Assembly: GCF_963921235.1 (NCBI RefSeq)
Contig: NC_086118.1
Location: forward strand, 29,514,001-29,578,000
Source: Mobula hypostoma
Taxonomy: Eukaryota
DNA: 64,000 nucleotides
Direction of reading: 5' to 3'
The stretch's first letter is position 1. Each line of letters begins with the position of its first letter. Positions 12,830-24,725 of the stretch are shown here, piece by piece. Made by a program: the position numbers and the translations under genes. Below the pieces are notes generated by a model that worked only from the letters and a program-made list of their open reading frames with translations, ran no database searches and was not told where the DNA came from.

Positions 12830-13180
12830 TATACACACATTCTTTCTCTCACGCTCCTTTTTCTCCCTCTGTCCCTCTGAATATACCCCTTGCCCATCCT
12901 CTGGGTCCCCCCCCTTGTCTTTCTTCCTGGACCTCCTGTCCCATGATCCTCTCGTATCCCCTTTTGCCTATCACCTGTCCAGCTCTCGGCTCTATCCCTC
13001 CCCCTCCTGTCTTCTCCTATCATTTTGGATCTCCCCCTCCCCCTCCAACTTTCAAATCCCTTACTCACTCTTCCTTCAGTTAGTCCTGACGAAGGGTCTC
13101 GGCCTGAAATGTCGATTGCACCTCTTCCTAGAGATGCTGCCTGGCCTGCTGCGTTCACCAGCAACTTTTATGTGTGTTGT
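12830..13180 (+). mobile_element. Penelope-like pLTR (3' end)
   Basis: Pyrimidine-rich tract plus hammerhead motif; collinear with 48500-48790. Confidence 0.8.
13082..13117 (+). ncRNA. Minimal type I hammerhead ribozyme motif
   Basis: AGTC-CTGACGA-AGGGTCTCGGCCT-GAAA-T-GTC-GATT: CUGANGA and GAAA boxes, helix II, GUC triplet, helix I agtc/gatt. Confidence 0.7.
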
Positions 13181-13654
13181 TTAGAAAACCTGGCACATTT
13201 ATTTTTCAACATAGTCCCCTCCTACATTTACACACTTAGTCCAGCGGTTGTGGAGCATACAGATCGCTTCTTTGTAGAAGTCGGCGTTTTGGACCTCCAG
13301 AAAGTGGACCACTGCAGGGGTGATTGATAAGTTTGTGGCCTAAGGTAGAAGGAGATGAGTTATTAACTTCAAACTTTCTGCATAATCAGTCAAAGAGTTG
13401 TACTACACGTGCTTGTAACGAGAGCTGTATAACTCACCTCCTTCTACCTTAGGCCATGAATTTATCAATCACCCCTGCTGTGGACCACTTCTGGAGGTCC
13501 AAGATGCCAACTTCTACAAAGGGATCTGTATGATCCACGACCGCTGGACTACATGTGTAAATGTAGGAGGGGATTTTGTTGAAAAATAAATGTGCTAGAT
13601 TTTCTAAAATTGACTCCTTCTACCTTAGGCCACAAACTTATCTGTCACCCCTCA
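13180..13654. mobile_element. Mariner-derived fold-back non-autonomous element
   Basis: Mariner C-terminus EVQDANFYK.GI.MIHDRWTTCVNVGGDFVEK* at ~13492-13589 (+, frameshifted) with an inverted copy at 13180-13310; TIR-like caggggtgattgataagtttgtggcctaaggtagaaggag repeats; TA at 13655-56. Confidence 0.8.
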
Positions 13655-13656
13655 TA

Positions 13657-13770
13657 TTTTCCATGTTTTCAAGCAAATGGCTCCTTGAACGATTTACCTT
13701 CCTTGATGATAACTTTGAGGTCATACTTGCAGAATCTTTTATCTTGTCTGCATTTTTTGTCATTGTTCTG
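13657..13770 (-). pseudogene. pogo/Tigger transposase fragment, downstream part of the N-terminal HTH
   Basis: IRTMTKNADKIKDSAS...RSRSHLLENME continues LKLAAST from 14982-15004. Confidence 0.65.
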
Positions 13771-13996
13771 ATCATTGTTCCAGAGTTGGCCGCCATCTTA
13801 ATAAAATACAAGGGTCTGGTTATTCCTTCAGTTGACAATAAAATATCCTTTTTACTTCTAAGATCATACCTTGCCATGCACCACTAGCAAGTGAAATTTG
13901 TTTTAGAAATTTTAGGAATGCGGTTTTAACAATAACATAGCAAAATAAAGATAACTATTGAGACACACTTGGGGAGCTCAAGCTAGCATGCCTCTA
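13771..13996 (-). mobile_element. L1 5' UTR and ORF1 start (inverted)
   Basis: Follows TSD copy AAAAGCATTTCTGAA (13997-14011, minus); ATG at 13877 gives MARYDLRSKK...KMAANSGTM, which joins in frame to KFSPETV at 15005. Confidence 0.75.
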
Positions 13997-14299
13997 TTCA
14001 GAAATGCTTTTATCCTTTGACTGTTTCCTTTTATAAAATCTAAATCTCCCAGCTATTACCAACAGTTGATTATGTAACATTGTAATAATTTCATCAAACA
14101 TCTTGCTTGCTGGTTTTGCAGGGGTTACTAAGTTTCATAAGAGACTGTACGTTCTTGGGCCCCTTAAGCTCAAAAGTGTAGTGGCGATATTTTGCTCCTC
14201 CACATTGTTCTTGTTACAATACAGTTCCACCCGCTGGAAATACGACTCCCAGCCTTCATTAGCACTATCAAATTCATCAACTTTCCCAACTGAAGCCAT
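13997..14299 (-). pseudogene. Gypsy (Mag-like) gag N-terminus (inverted)
   Basis: MASVGKVDEFDSANEGWESYFQRVELY...TYSLL*NLVTPAKPASK...LVIAGRFRFYKRKQSKDKSISE; continues at 20724 (+) as KSISENIAELRKL. Confidence 0.85.
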
Positions 14300-14478
14300 C
14301 GCCACATTATTTTCACTTTAAATTCAGTGCGCCTTTCACTGCGTACAACGCCGTGCTCACACCTTTGTTAGTGTCCGTGATGACCTTCTCACGCTACTTA
14401 ACTCTGGCTGTTTTGTCCTGTAACTGTCAGTGCAGCTTGTGAAATTTCTGACTTTCAGGTTGGTACTCATCATCAACT

Positions 14479-14665
14479 TGTTGTGTCTGTGCACAACTAT
14501 ATATCGATTAAATAAAAACACACATGCGGGAAATGGTTTTAACCGGTGTGTTCACATTGCAAAGAGAGAAAGAGAGAACAATGCACATGAGCTGTACCTA
14601 CAGTACATGCGCAGACAACAGGTCAGTACGTCCACTCAGATCCCATATAGCACTGATTCATTACA
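14479..14665 (-). mobile_element. Gypsy 5' LTR (inverted)
   Basis: TGTAAT...CACAGACACAACA on minus, homologous to 23065-23261; followed by a possible decayed PBS (tgatgatgag). Confidence 0.7.
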
Positions 14666-14844
14666 ACGCAGTTATTCAATTCCTTATTGAAATTTTAAAA
14701 ATAACAAAAGTTCATTCTAAACAATACTTCAAACTTCTCAAGAGTGGCTGTCATTGCAGTAAACATTCAATTCATGCCCTGCTTCTTCAGCACGGGTAAA
14801 CGTTCTTGTTCCCTCACCAACTGATTCCATACTTTTCACCCATA

Positions 14845-15004
14845 ATGTCTGAAAAATGGCCTGCAGCTACCAGTGAGGGTAGTACATCTAAGATGTCTAG
14901 GAAAAGCATTAGCATGGATGTGAAACTGCAAGTGATATGGCACTTGGAAGCTGATGAGCATCAGGTTGATGCTGTTACTCATTGAAATTGGCTGCATCAA
15001 CGAT
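14845..15004 (+). pseudogene. pogo/Tigger transposase N-terminus (CENP-B-like psq HTH)
   Basis: MSEKWPAATSEGSTSKMSRKSISMDVKLQVIWHLEADEHQVD / frameshift / LKLAAST. Confidence 0.7.
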
Positions 15005-15758
15005 GAAGTTTTCCCCTGAGACAGTCATGATGGCCATTCGGGAAAGCAAGGAAGAACTATCAACACAAATTGATACTAAAATGATTAACATCCAATCCTT
15101 GCTAATTAAAATAGAATCTGCGGTATCAACACTAGCTGACCAAGTTAAGGAAATGGAGGGGCGTGTATCTGCCAATGAAAACAACATAATAGAAGTCACC
15201 ACGCACGTCGAGAAATTGGAGAAAGTGGTGCAATTGTTGAAAGACAAGGTGGAAGACCTGGAAAACAGGAGTAGGCGGAACAATATTTGGATACTGAATC
15301 TCCCTGAGAAAGCTGAAGGTCGCAACGCAGCTGGATTTTTGGAACGAATCCCACCAGAAATTTTTGGCGTCGAAAACTTTCGTACCCCCATCACCTGAGA
15401 GAGAGCCCACTGCCTGGGAAAATTCCCCAGCGGTGGTGACGACTCACGGAGACTGAGACCTATAATCGCAAAACTCCTCAGTTTTAAGAACAAGGAGACG
15501 ATTATGTGTCTGGCCAGGTAAAACAGAGTGATTCACTATGAAAATAACAGGATTTACATATTTCCCGACTGTAGTCCTAGATTGCAACGCCTTAAGGACA
15601 CTTTCAAAGAAGTTAAGAAGACCCTACGGGAAAGGGGCATTGATTATTCCCTGCACTATCCAGCTAAACTTCGGATTATGCTTAAGGGAGTCACCAAGTG
15701 GTTTGTTACTCCTGATGCAGTAATGGAGTTTTTGAAAGTTATCGACAATAATGACTGA
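15005..15758 (+). pseudogene. L1 ORF1 (coiled coil, RRM, CTD), interrupted by stops
   Basis: VEDLENRSRRNNIWILNLPE; RIYIFPDCS...YSLHYPAKLRI. Confidence 0.9.
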
Positions 15759-16344
15759 TAGTCCTCTCGCTCCATGCGCAATGGACGGGTTACTGTGATG
15801 CTTAAGCACTCTATACATGGAGTGACTTTCACTTAAGTGATTATTGGGTGTACAGCTGTGACCGATATGAGGTCACGAGTAAGTTTCGCAATATGGACAC
15901 TTTCCGACCTGGCTATTGTGGAAAGTGCATCTCCTTAATTTTTGATGACATTTCGTCTCACACTTGTGCCTTGAGATGTTTTTGATTCGCAGTGATCCTT
16001 TCACTAAATATCTTGATATGTTGTAGTCTGAGTTCTGTTCAAGTTGCTTTGCCAGATATTATGTGCATGCTGCTAGGCCTTGATTGTACTCGTTTAGAGG
16101 CTGTAGAACCTAAAATTCTTAATTAATATGGTTTAATGCTCATTATATTTTTCTGTAACTGTTGAGAACCCTTGCATTTTTAGAGAGAGTAGCCTACCCA
16201 CCGGGGACGTTTGGTCTAGGGGGCATCAACGGGTGGGTCTCATACGGGGATATGGTATGGTTCTGTTTCTTAGTTACTTTTATTCTTACAGTTCTTGCAC
16301 TATCTTTATGCTCTGAGGTATCTATTATTTTTTTTCCTTAAGGC

Positions 16345-19300
16345 ATGACTAATCAACTTAAAATAATCTCCTTGAATGTAAGGGGGATTAATTCTCCAAT
16401 TAAGAGGAAAAAAATTCTTACATATTTAAAGAGACATTCCATTGATATAATGTTTATACAAGAGACTCAACTTTCTGATACGGAACATATAAAGTTAAAA
16501 AGGGATTGGGTTGGACATGTTTACTATTCTTCATTTACCACAAAAGCAAGAGGAGCAGCTATACTCATCAATAAAAACGTGAGGTTTAAATTAATATCAA
16601 CAGAAAAAGACAGGAACAGTAGACTTCTTTTAGTTAATTGTGAACTAAATATGAACAGGGTCACATTGATTAATGTATATGGCCCCAACCATGATGATCC
16701 CATTTTTTTAAATGATCTGGTATTAAAACTAACGACAGCATTAGACCACTGTCTGGTTGGTGGGGACTTTAATTTGGTCTTAGACCCAGCTATGGATCGA
16801 TATACACCAAGATCCCTTAATCGTTCAAGGGCAGCGTCGGTCCTGGATCAGGGCAGGAGGGATCTGGGGTTTTGTGATATTTGGCGTCAACTTAATCCAA
16901 ATATAAAGGACTTTTCCTTCTTTTCAAATGTCCACTGCTCCTATTCTAGAATTGATATGTTTTTAATATCCCAAAGTATGGTATCTAGGGTTATTGAATG
17001 CCCCTACCTACCAGCTATATTCTCTGACCATAATCCAATGAAGATGACTTGGAGGATGGATATTACTCAGTAATCATCTTATAGTTGGAGATTTAAAACA
17101 TATATGCTTAATGAGCCCAAATTTCTCAGATTTATGAACGGCCACATTGATTTATTTATGGAAACTATTTCAAATTCTTCTTCCTACGCTAACATATGGG
17201 AGGCTTTAAAAGCATATATGAGAGGACAAATCCTTTCATGTAGCACAGAGAAGGTAAGAGAGAAAAGGAAAACTCTTGTATCCCTAGAGGAAGAGATTAG
17301 AAATCTTGAACGTGAAGACGCTTTTACTATAAGTGAAGAAATACTTAATATACTGATTTTAAAACGGATTCAGTACAATAATTTATGTACAAGTAAAGCT
17401 GAGGTAGATATGGCCAGAACTAACTACTGTACCACTATTACAAATTTGGAAATAAAACTAGTAAGTTACTTGCCTGGAAAATAAAAAAGAAAGAGACCGA
17501 TAGATTTATCCAATCTGTTGTTACGGATGATGGCAGATCCCTCATTAACCCACAGGACATAAATCAAGAATTCAGAAAGTTTTATGAAGCATTATATAAG
17601 ACAGATCATGATAGAGAAAATACTAAAGCAACACGTTTCTTGAACTTATTAAATCTGCCTAAGTTAGATCCTTTAAGGATAAAGATTGTCTCGATTCTGA
17701 TATATCTGAAGAAGAGGTTCTTGGCACTATGAAGTCTCTACAGAACAATAAAGCCCCAGGGTCAGATGACTTTCCAATTGAATACTTCAAAGCCTCTTTG
17801 GATAAGCTTTCAACCCCTTTAACAAATATGTTTAAGGAGGCACTGATTAATAAAACTTTGCCTAGTTCTCTGGAAATGGCTACGATAATATTACTGCCAA
17901 AACCTGAGAAGGACCATCAAAAATGTACTTCTTATCAGCACCTTAGTCTTTTGAATTCAGATTACAAGATTTTATCAAAATTAATTGCATTAAGAATAGA
18001 TGACATTATCCCTAAAATCATTAATGCTGATCAGACAGGTTTTGTCAGAAATCGATATGGATCTGATAATGTACGGAGACTTTTTCCACATAATGTAAAA
18101 GGCTCATATGCAAAATGATCCCATGTTGATAATGTCAATGGATGCAGAGAAGGCATTCGACGGGATAGAAGCTGGTTTCCTTTTGCAAACTTTTAAAGCA
18201 ATGAATCTTGCTGAGAGATTTATTCAATACATTGAAACATTTTTTGCTGGTCCTAAAGCTCAAATTCTCACTAATGGAGTCCTGTCGGGTACCTTCCCAC
18301 TATCCAGAGGAGTCCGCCAAGGTTGTTCAAGTGCTCCACTGCTGTTCTTAATAGCTATTGAGCCGCTGGCTATTGCTATTCATACTAATCCCACCATTAT
18401 TGGCATTAAATTTGGCTCAAATGAACACAAACTAGCCCTTTACACCGATGATCTCTTAGTTTTCCTGCCTGATCCAGAAAAGTCATTACCCTCCCTTCTA
18501 CAATGTTTCCAACAATACAGTGCTGCTTCTGGATATAAATTAAACCTTTCAAAAAGTGACGTCATGTCTTTTAATATACAGGATAATAACATTAAGAACC
18601 TAGTCAAACCCTTGCAATGGTGCTCGAATAGATTTAAATATTTAGGCATAGAAATTAGGAGATCCACAGACAAAATCCTTAAAGATAATTACATTAAATT
18701 ATTAAATGGGGTTAAATTAGATCTACAGAAATGGAGGGAGCTGCCATTATCTTTAATTGGAAGAGTGAACTTAATTAAAATGAATATACTCCCCAAATGT
18801 CTATATTTATTCCAATGTGTCCCAATTAAAATTCCCAAAAGTCTATTTGATGATTTAAACAAATCAATGTCCAGCTTTTTATGGAAAGGTAAAGTCCCTA
18901 GAGTCAAACTCTCAACCCTACAGGCCCCTTACGCCAAGGGAGGATTAAATCTTCGTAATTTTAAATGTTATTACCTTGCAGCTCAATTCCATCCAAAAGG
19001 TATTGGTTGCACTCTGAGAACAATGAGACTAGATGGCTTTCTATTGAACAACATCAATTAAAAAATGTTCCCTTAAAAGTTCTTCCTTTTCTAACATCTA
19101 AGAAAGCACTTTTAAATATTACTAAGAACCCTGTAATTTTAAATTCTTTTGCAGTATAGCAAGAAGCTCATGCAGTTATTGCTATAAATAGCTCATTACT
19201 TCGAACAACTCCTCTGTGGAATAACCCCAATATACCCCACCTGATTGCAGACGGAATTCTAAAAATTTGGGTTAGTAGTGGTATAAAAACAGCTGAAGAT

Positions 19301-20142
19301 TTATATAGCGAAGATAACTTTGCCAGTTTTCAACAATTGTCTGGTATATTTAATCTACCAAATCATAATTTATTTAAATATTTTCAGATTAGACACTGGG
19401 TCCATAACAGTTATACAGACTATCCACAAATTCCAATAGAAACCTCGTTTGAAAAGCACTTGCTTAGTGAAGCCTTGTACACTGCAAAGGGTCTTATGTC
19501 ATCTATTTATATTATTTTAAACAGTAACTTGCCAATCTATACTAAGGGTGACATTAAAAATAAGTGGGAATCAGATCTTGAATGCAATTACAATGATACT
19601 GATCGGTGTAATATCCTCCAAATGTCTCAAACTGTATTAATTTCAACTAAACATAGACAAATACAGTTTAATATTTTTAACAGGACCTCTACACTCCACA
19701 TAGACTGCACAAAATATACCATAACGCCTCTCCTAATTGTCAGAGATGTAAATCTTGTGACGGAGGCTTACTTCATATGCTTTGGAATTGCTCTTATCTG
19801 GAAGACTTTTGGAAATAGGTTGTTAGAATAACCTCAGATATTATAAAAATCGAAATTTCATTTGATCCCAGGGTCTGGATTTTGGGAGATATACAAGGTC
19901 TTAATGTGAATTACAATAAAAAATACTTTATATTGCTCGCAGCTACAGCCAGGAAAAAGTGTATCCTACAAAACTGGAAATCTGAATTTCTTCCCTCACT
20001 CAGGCAGTGGTTAAATGAGTTAACATCCTGTAGTAAACCTGTAAAGATCTTGTATAGTGTGAAGAGGAAACCAGCAACATATGAAATAATATGGGCCTCC
20101 TTTTTGGCCTTATTACCATCATTACACCTCCTCGGTTACTGA
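16345..20142 (+). pseudogene. L1 ORF2 (APE endonuclease, RT, Cys-rich), frameshifted
   Basis: LNVRG, IQET, NVYGPN, GGDFN, SRIDMF, FSDH; SMDAEKAFD, RGVRQGC, LYTDD; CQRC...HMLWNC near 19738-19791. Confidence 0.95.
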
Positions 20143-20198
20143 ATTAGTATGGCTACCCGTCTTCCCGTGCTTCTACTATCTGCTTAGTGTAGTAATAT

Positions 20199-20474
20199 AA
20201 AGGCATCTGTTAGTCTTGCGAGACCATGGATCTGCGCCTAGAAGGTTGTATGGAAGACCGGCAGTTGCCCATACTGCACGTCTCCCCTCTCCATGACACC
20301 GATGTTGTCCAAGGGAAGGGCAAGGGCCAATACAGCTTGGCACCAGTGTCGCCGCAGAGCACTGTGTGGTTAAATGCCTTGCCCGAGGACACAACATATT
20401 GCCTCAGCTGGGGCTCGAACTCACGACCTGCAGCTCGCTAGTCGAATGCCTTAAGCACTTGGCCATGTGTCCAC
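20199..20474 (-). mobile_element. tRNA-derived SINE in the L1 3' UTR
   Basis: Perfect 13-bp TSD AGTGTAGTAATAT (20186-98, 20475-87); same family as 152-467. Confidence 0.9.
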
Positions 20475-20723
20475 AGTGTAGTAATATGTACTTCATTAAT
20501 ACATATTAGGACCTCATACCTTACTTGATCGAATTTTATTTTTGTTATTTTTCAATTGCAAATGAGGAAGAAATTTTTACCATACCAGGGTTGTGGGTGG
20601 AGGGGGGGGCGGGGGGTGGTGGTGGGAGGGAGTATTTTGTCTGTTTTTGTTTGTTTCTTTTCTTATGTGTATCTGTTTATAAAATACGATTTTTTTTGCT
20701 TCAATAAAAATATCTATTAAAAA

Positions 20724-23064
20724 AAAAGCATTTCTGAAAACATTGCAGAACTGCGCAAACTTTCCCAGTACTGGGACTTTAGAGATGGAGTTTCTGATGC
20801 ATTAAAGGACGGGCTTATATGTGGCATGCATGGTCAAAGTACAAGGCGACTATCCAAAAGAGAAGTAACCTTAGAACGGGCATGGATCATTGCAGTATCA
20901 TTAGAGAATGCAGCAAAGGATGCAGCAGGAAAGGAGGGTAGAATGTGAAATGCACAAAATGTCCCTGAATGGTCCAAAAAGTCAAAGATCTTATCGATGT
21001 GGTAAATTCTTCCATGATGCAAATGACTGTTGGTTCAAACAAAAAGTCTGCAGAAAGTATCACAGACAAGGTCAGATAGAGAGAATGTGCAAGGCAGACA
21101 AAAAGCACAACTGAATGAAAAGTCTTTAACACAAAACTAAGCAATCATGTCACTGACAGCAACGTGACACCAGAAACCGAGACTAATAACGTCCAATGAA
21201 CTGCTCACCTGTTATGTCCCATTCCTGCCCATCAGACTGATGTGCAATGCATCCCCTTATGGCACTGGAGCTGTTTTGTCACACGTTATGAAAGATGGAT
21301 CTGAACATTTGCTTCAAGATCACTGGTGTGCACTGAATGCAATTATGCACAGATCAACCAAGAGGCCCTTAGTCTACTATGGGGAATAAAGAAGTTCTAC
21401 CACTACCTCTCTAGTCAAAAGTTTACACTAGTGACAGATCACCAGCCCCTTGTGCCCATTTTCAAACCCAGGAAAGGAATTTCACTGCTACCTGTTCACA
21501 ACTTTGGGCACTATTCCTAGGAGCCCACTCTTATGACATAGAGTTCAAGCAAACAACACAGCAACACTGATGGCTTTGACATCTTCCACTACTGGCAACT
21601 GAAGAAAGAAGTCTTCATATTGTGACCTAGCAGAGGTGTTCCACACTGCATTGGTGGACCATTTGTCAGTAACAAATTCTGAAATACAAAGGGAAACAAG
21701 GAATCACCTGACATTGTCTAAAGTCTGTGAAATCACTAGGCAAGGTAATCCTATGTTTCCACAGTTCTCAGCGAGACGAGACCAACTGTCGGTATGCCTA
21801 AGGTTGCTGATGTGTGGATCATGTGCTGTGGTTCCCTCTAAACTGCACACCAGAGAGTTAAAAAATCTACATGAAGGACACCCGGGTACAGTAAAGGTGA
21901 GGAGTATTGCCTGGAGATACATGTGGTGGCTGGGAATAGATAAAAAGATTGAAAACTTGGCCAAAAGCCGTTTGGGATGACAAAAAGTCCAAAATACACC
22001 CCCACAGGCACTGTTACACCTGTGGGAGTGGTCGTCATCACCATGGCAAAGAGTACATATTGATCTTGCTGGGCCATTCACGGACTCCATGTTCCTGACT
22101 GCTGTGGATGTTCATTCAAAGTGGCCGGAGGACATACCAATGAAGTCAACCACCTCAGCAAGGACTGTCTTTGAGGGCTATCTTTGCCAGTGTCAGCTTA
22201 CCAGAACATATTGTAAGTAACAAAGGACCACAATACACATCAGAAGAATTCAAACTGTTCATGAAGAAAAATGGCATCAGACATTTCAAGTCAGCTTCTC
22301 ACCACCCGGCAACAAATGGGTTAGCTGAAAGGTTTATCCAAACCTTCAAGAAGTCCATTGAAGTGATGGACAAGGAGGACATATCTCGACAGCACAAGGT
22401 GGACAATTTCCTTTTTGTGTATTGGAACTCTTGTTCATACGATGACAAATCAAACACCTGAAATGCTGTTCATGAACAGGAATCTAAGATCTCATACATC
22501 ATACACAGTTCAGCCAGTTGCCAAGTGAAGCAGCAAAGAGCTTCAAGAACAGACAGGAAGTCCTGGCGCGTGATTACTAAGAAGACAGCTGGACACCTGG
22601 TTGTTGTGGATGTTGGAGATCAGACAGGGAGATATCATGTGGACCACCTACTGGATGCTCAACTTAAGAACACACCTGAGCAGATTACATCCAACCAGAC
22701 AGTCAGCTGACTGAACTCTCAATAATAATCATGTCACTGACAGCAATGTGAGATCAGAAACTGAGAACGTTGTCCTAGACAAGACACCCACCAAACCCAA
22801 TGCCACTTCACAGGTTCAGAAGCACGACGAGAACGTTGTCGTTGACAAGACTCCTGCCAAACCTGATGCCACACCCCGGGTCCAGAGGCACTATCCTGTC
22901 GGAAATAGAGTGCCTCCCAAAAGACTGAACCTTTAAAACTGGGAAGTTAGTTATGGTCTGTTATTGTGAAAGCATGCCTATTTGGAATTTGGGTTTATGA
23001 AAAGGAAATTGAATGTTTTGTGTATATACAGTTTTATGTTGCATTAATCTAAAAGGGGAGGAAG
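20724..23064 (+). mobile_element. Gypsy (Mag-like) internal region: gag C-terminus, RNase H, integrase; PR and RT deleted
   Basis: Decayed twin zinc knuckles (YRCGKFFHDANDC; CRKYHRQGQIERMC); NASPYG, NYAQINQEAL, VTDHQPL; LHEGHPG, PWQRVHIDLAGP, HPATNGLAERF; PPT AAAAGGGGAGGAAG 23051-64. Confidence 0.9.
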
Positions 23065-23153
23065 TGTAATGTATGGATCTATTTCTTTTAGAACAATGAC
23101 CCCCTCTTGGCAGAATGTAATGATGTGTTGTCTGTGCGTGTGCATTGTTCTCT

Positions 23154-23198
<45 letters not shown>

Positions 23199-23261
23199 GT
23201 TAAAGCCAGCTCCCGTGCATGCTTTTATTTAATTGAGATGCAGTTGTGCACAGACACAGCA
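23065..23261 (+). mobile_element. Gypsy 3' LTR containing a (CT)n tract
   Basis: TGTAAT...CACAGCA directly after the PPT; homologous to 14479-14665. Confidence 0.8.
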
Positions 23262-24472
23262 TCTATTAGCATCATACTTCTAATAAATGTCACAAATAAT
23301 CAGCAATAAAAGAAGCAGAAGCTTCTCGCTGAAGTAGTACCACAAGTACTTGAGCAGAACATCCAGATGTTCCAGTGATAGATGAGAAGAAAGATGAAAA
23401 GCTCAAGTATTTTTTCATAATTGCTTGAAATTTCTAAGATATTTCATTAAAAATTGGCTCATCTGTTTAAATGTCCACTGTATTGAGAAAGATGTTTAAC
23501 TTATAGTAATCAGTGTAGTCTATTTTAATGCTGTAAAGTGCTCCAGTTTGAATAAAAACCTATTTGTGCTAATCAACCCTCTGGAGAACTCTTACTCAAA
23601 GATTACAACTCAACAAAGTTTTGATTAAACCACACTTGAAGCACAATAAACAGTTCTGAGGATCATACCTTCAGAAAGATAAATTGGCCTGAAGAGATGC
23701 ACCAGATTAGATCACTAAAATGCAATGTGGCCTCTTTAACAAGTGCTACCAGGCTTTTACAAGACTTTAGATAGTCAATTCAAGCTTGGACTTTTACTTC
23801 TTTTACCCAGATGTAAACCAGAGATACAAAACCACCAACTGTGCTATCTCTATTAGTTTAATGCCTGCAGCATGCAGTGAAAAGTAGATCAGAATTCTTT
23901 GCCTGATAATTTATCCTTTCCTTTTTTATTATTTAATTTCGACTTTGAAAAATACAAACCATAGAATAATCTTAGTCAAGCCTAGTGTTGATAATGTTTG
24001 CCTTTATTTTGAAATGTCTGAAAAAATACTGGGCATCCAACCATCTATTTCCTGTTATGAAGTAGATGATCTGGTTTTTACTTATGGCTGTTAATTGAAA
24101 GAGGATCCAGTTGAAAACATCTTCAAACAGGGTTGCTGTGACACATGTACCCCTGTAAACAGCTATCGCCTTGATAAATCCTTCAAAGAGCAGAATGTCT
24201 GCCAGAATTGTAGTGTATATAGGCTGAAAATAAATTCTATTGCATCGTTTGAATCAGTGGCCTGATGACCCTAAGGTAAGAGTGATGCAGAATGGTAACT
24301 ATTTTCTTATTTGTATTAATGTTTACGATAGCTCTTCTCAGTTTTTCAGAGCATGTTGCATTGTCATCGTTTTTCTACTTGATTCCTTAAATAAAGGCAA
24401 TGAACACCCAGGCAACTTAAAGTAAATTACAGAAAGAATATATTTTAACAATGGCATGTAATAATTCTTTAA

Positions 24473-24725
24473 CAGTGGCACGGGTGTGGAGTTGCTGCAT
24501 TACCATGTCAGAGACCTGGGTTCAATCTTGCCCTCAGGTACTGTCTGTGTGGAGTTTGCTCACTCCCCCCATGACAGTGTGCATTTTTTCTGGCTTCTTT
24601 CCGCATCCCAAAGACTTGTGATTTGATAGGTTAATTGGCCATTGTAAATTTCCCCTAATGTGTAGAACCTGGGGGTGGGGTGGGGGAGAGTTGATGTGAT
24701 AGTGGGATTAGTATAGGGTTAGATT
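24473..24725 (+). mobile_element. tRNA-derived SINE
   Basis: B box GGGTTCAATC; core ctgtctgtgtggagtttgc...catcccaaagac...ggttaattggccattgtaaatt. Confidence 0.75.

Larger units (their letters stand above)
15005..20727 (+). mobile_element. L1-clade LINE, main body
   Basis: ORF1, spacer, ORF2, G-rich 3' UTR, AATAAA at 20703, oligo-A, TSD 20724-20738. Confidence 0.95.

Noticed and set aside
12708..13184. 158-aa hydrophobic or proline-rich protein (also 48468-48989)
   Set aside because: Low-complexity pyrimidine-rich pLTR sequence read through by chance
13771..13996. L1 twin-priming 5' inversion
   Set aside because: The inverted block extends ~1 kb beyond the L1 TSD into Gypsy and Tigger sequence
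14845..15004. TIGD/CENP-B host gene
   Set aside because: Short, frameshifted, broken by the inversion and truncated by a mariner insertion
14975..15493. 172-aa minus-strand ORF
   Set aside because: Antisense shadow of the L1 ORF1 coiled coil
14666..23266. TSD for the Mag-like Gypsy element
   Set aside because: After re-inversion the flanks (TGCGT vs TCTAT) do not match, so no TSD is claimed; the LTR 5' halves are also quite diverged
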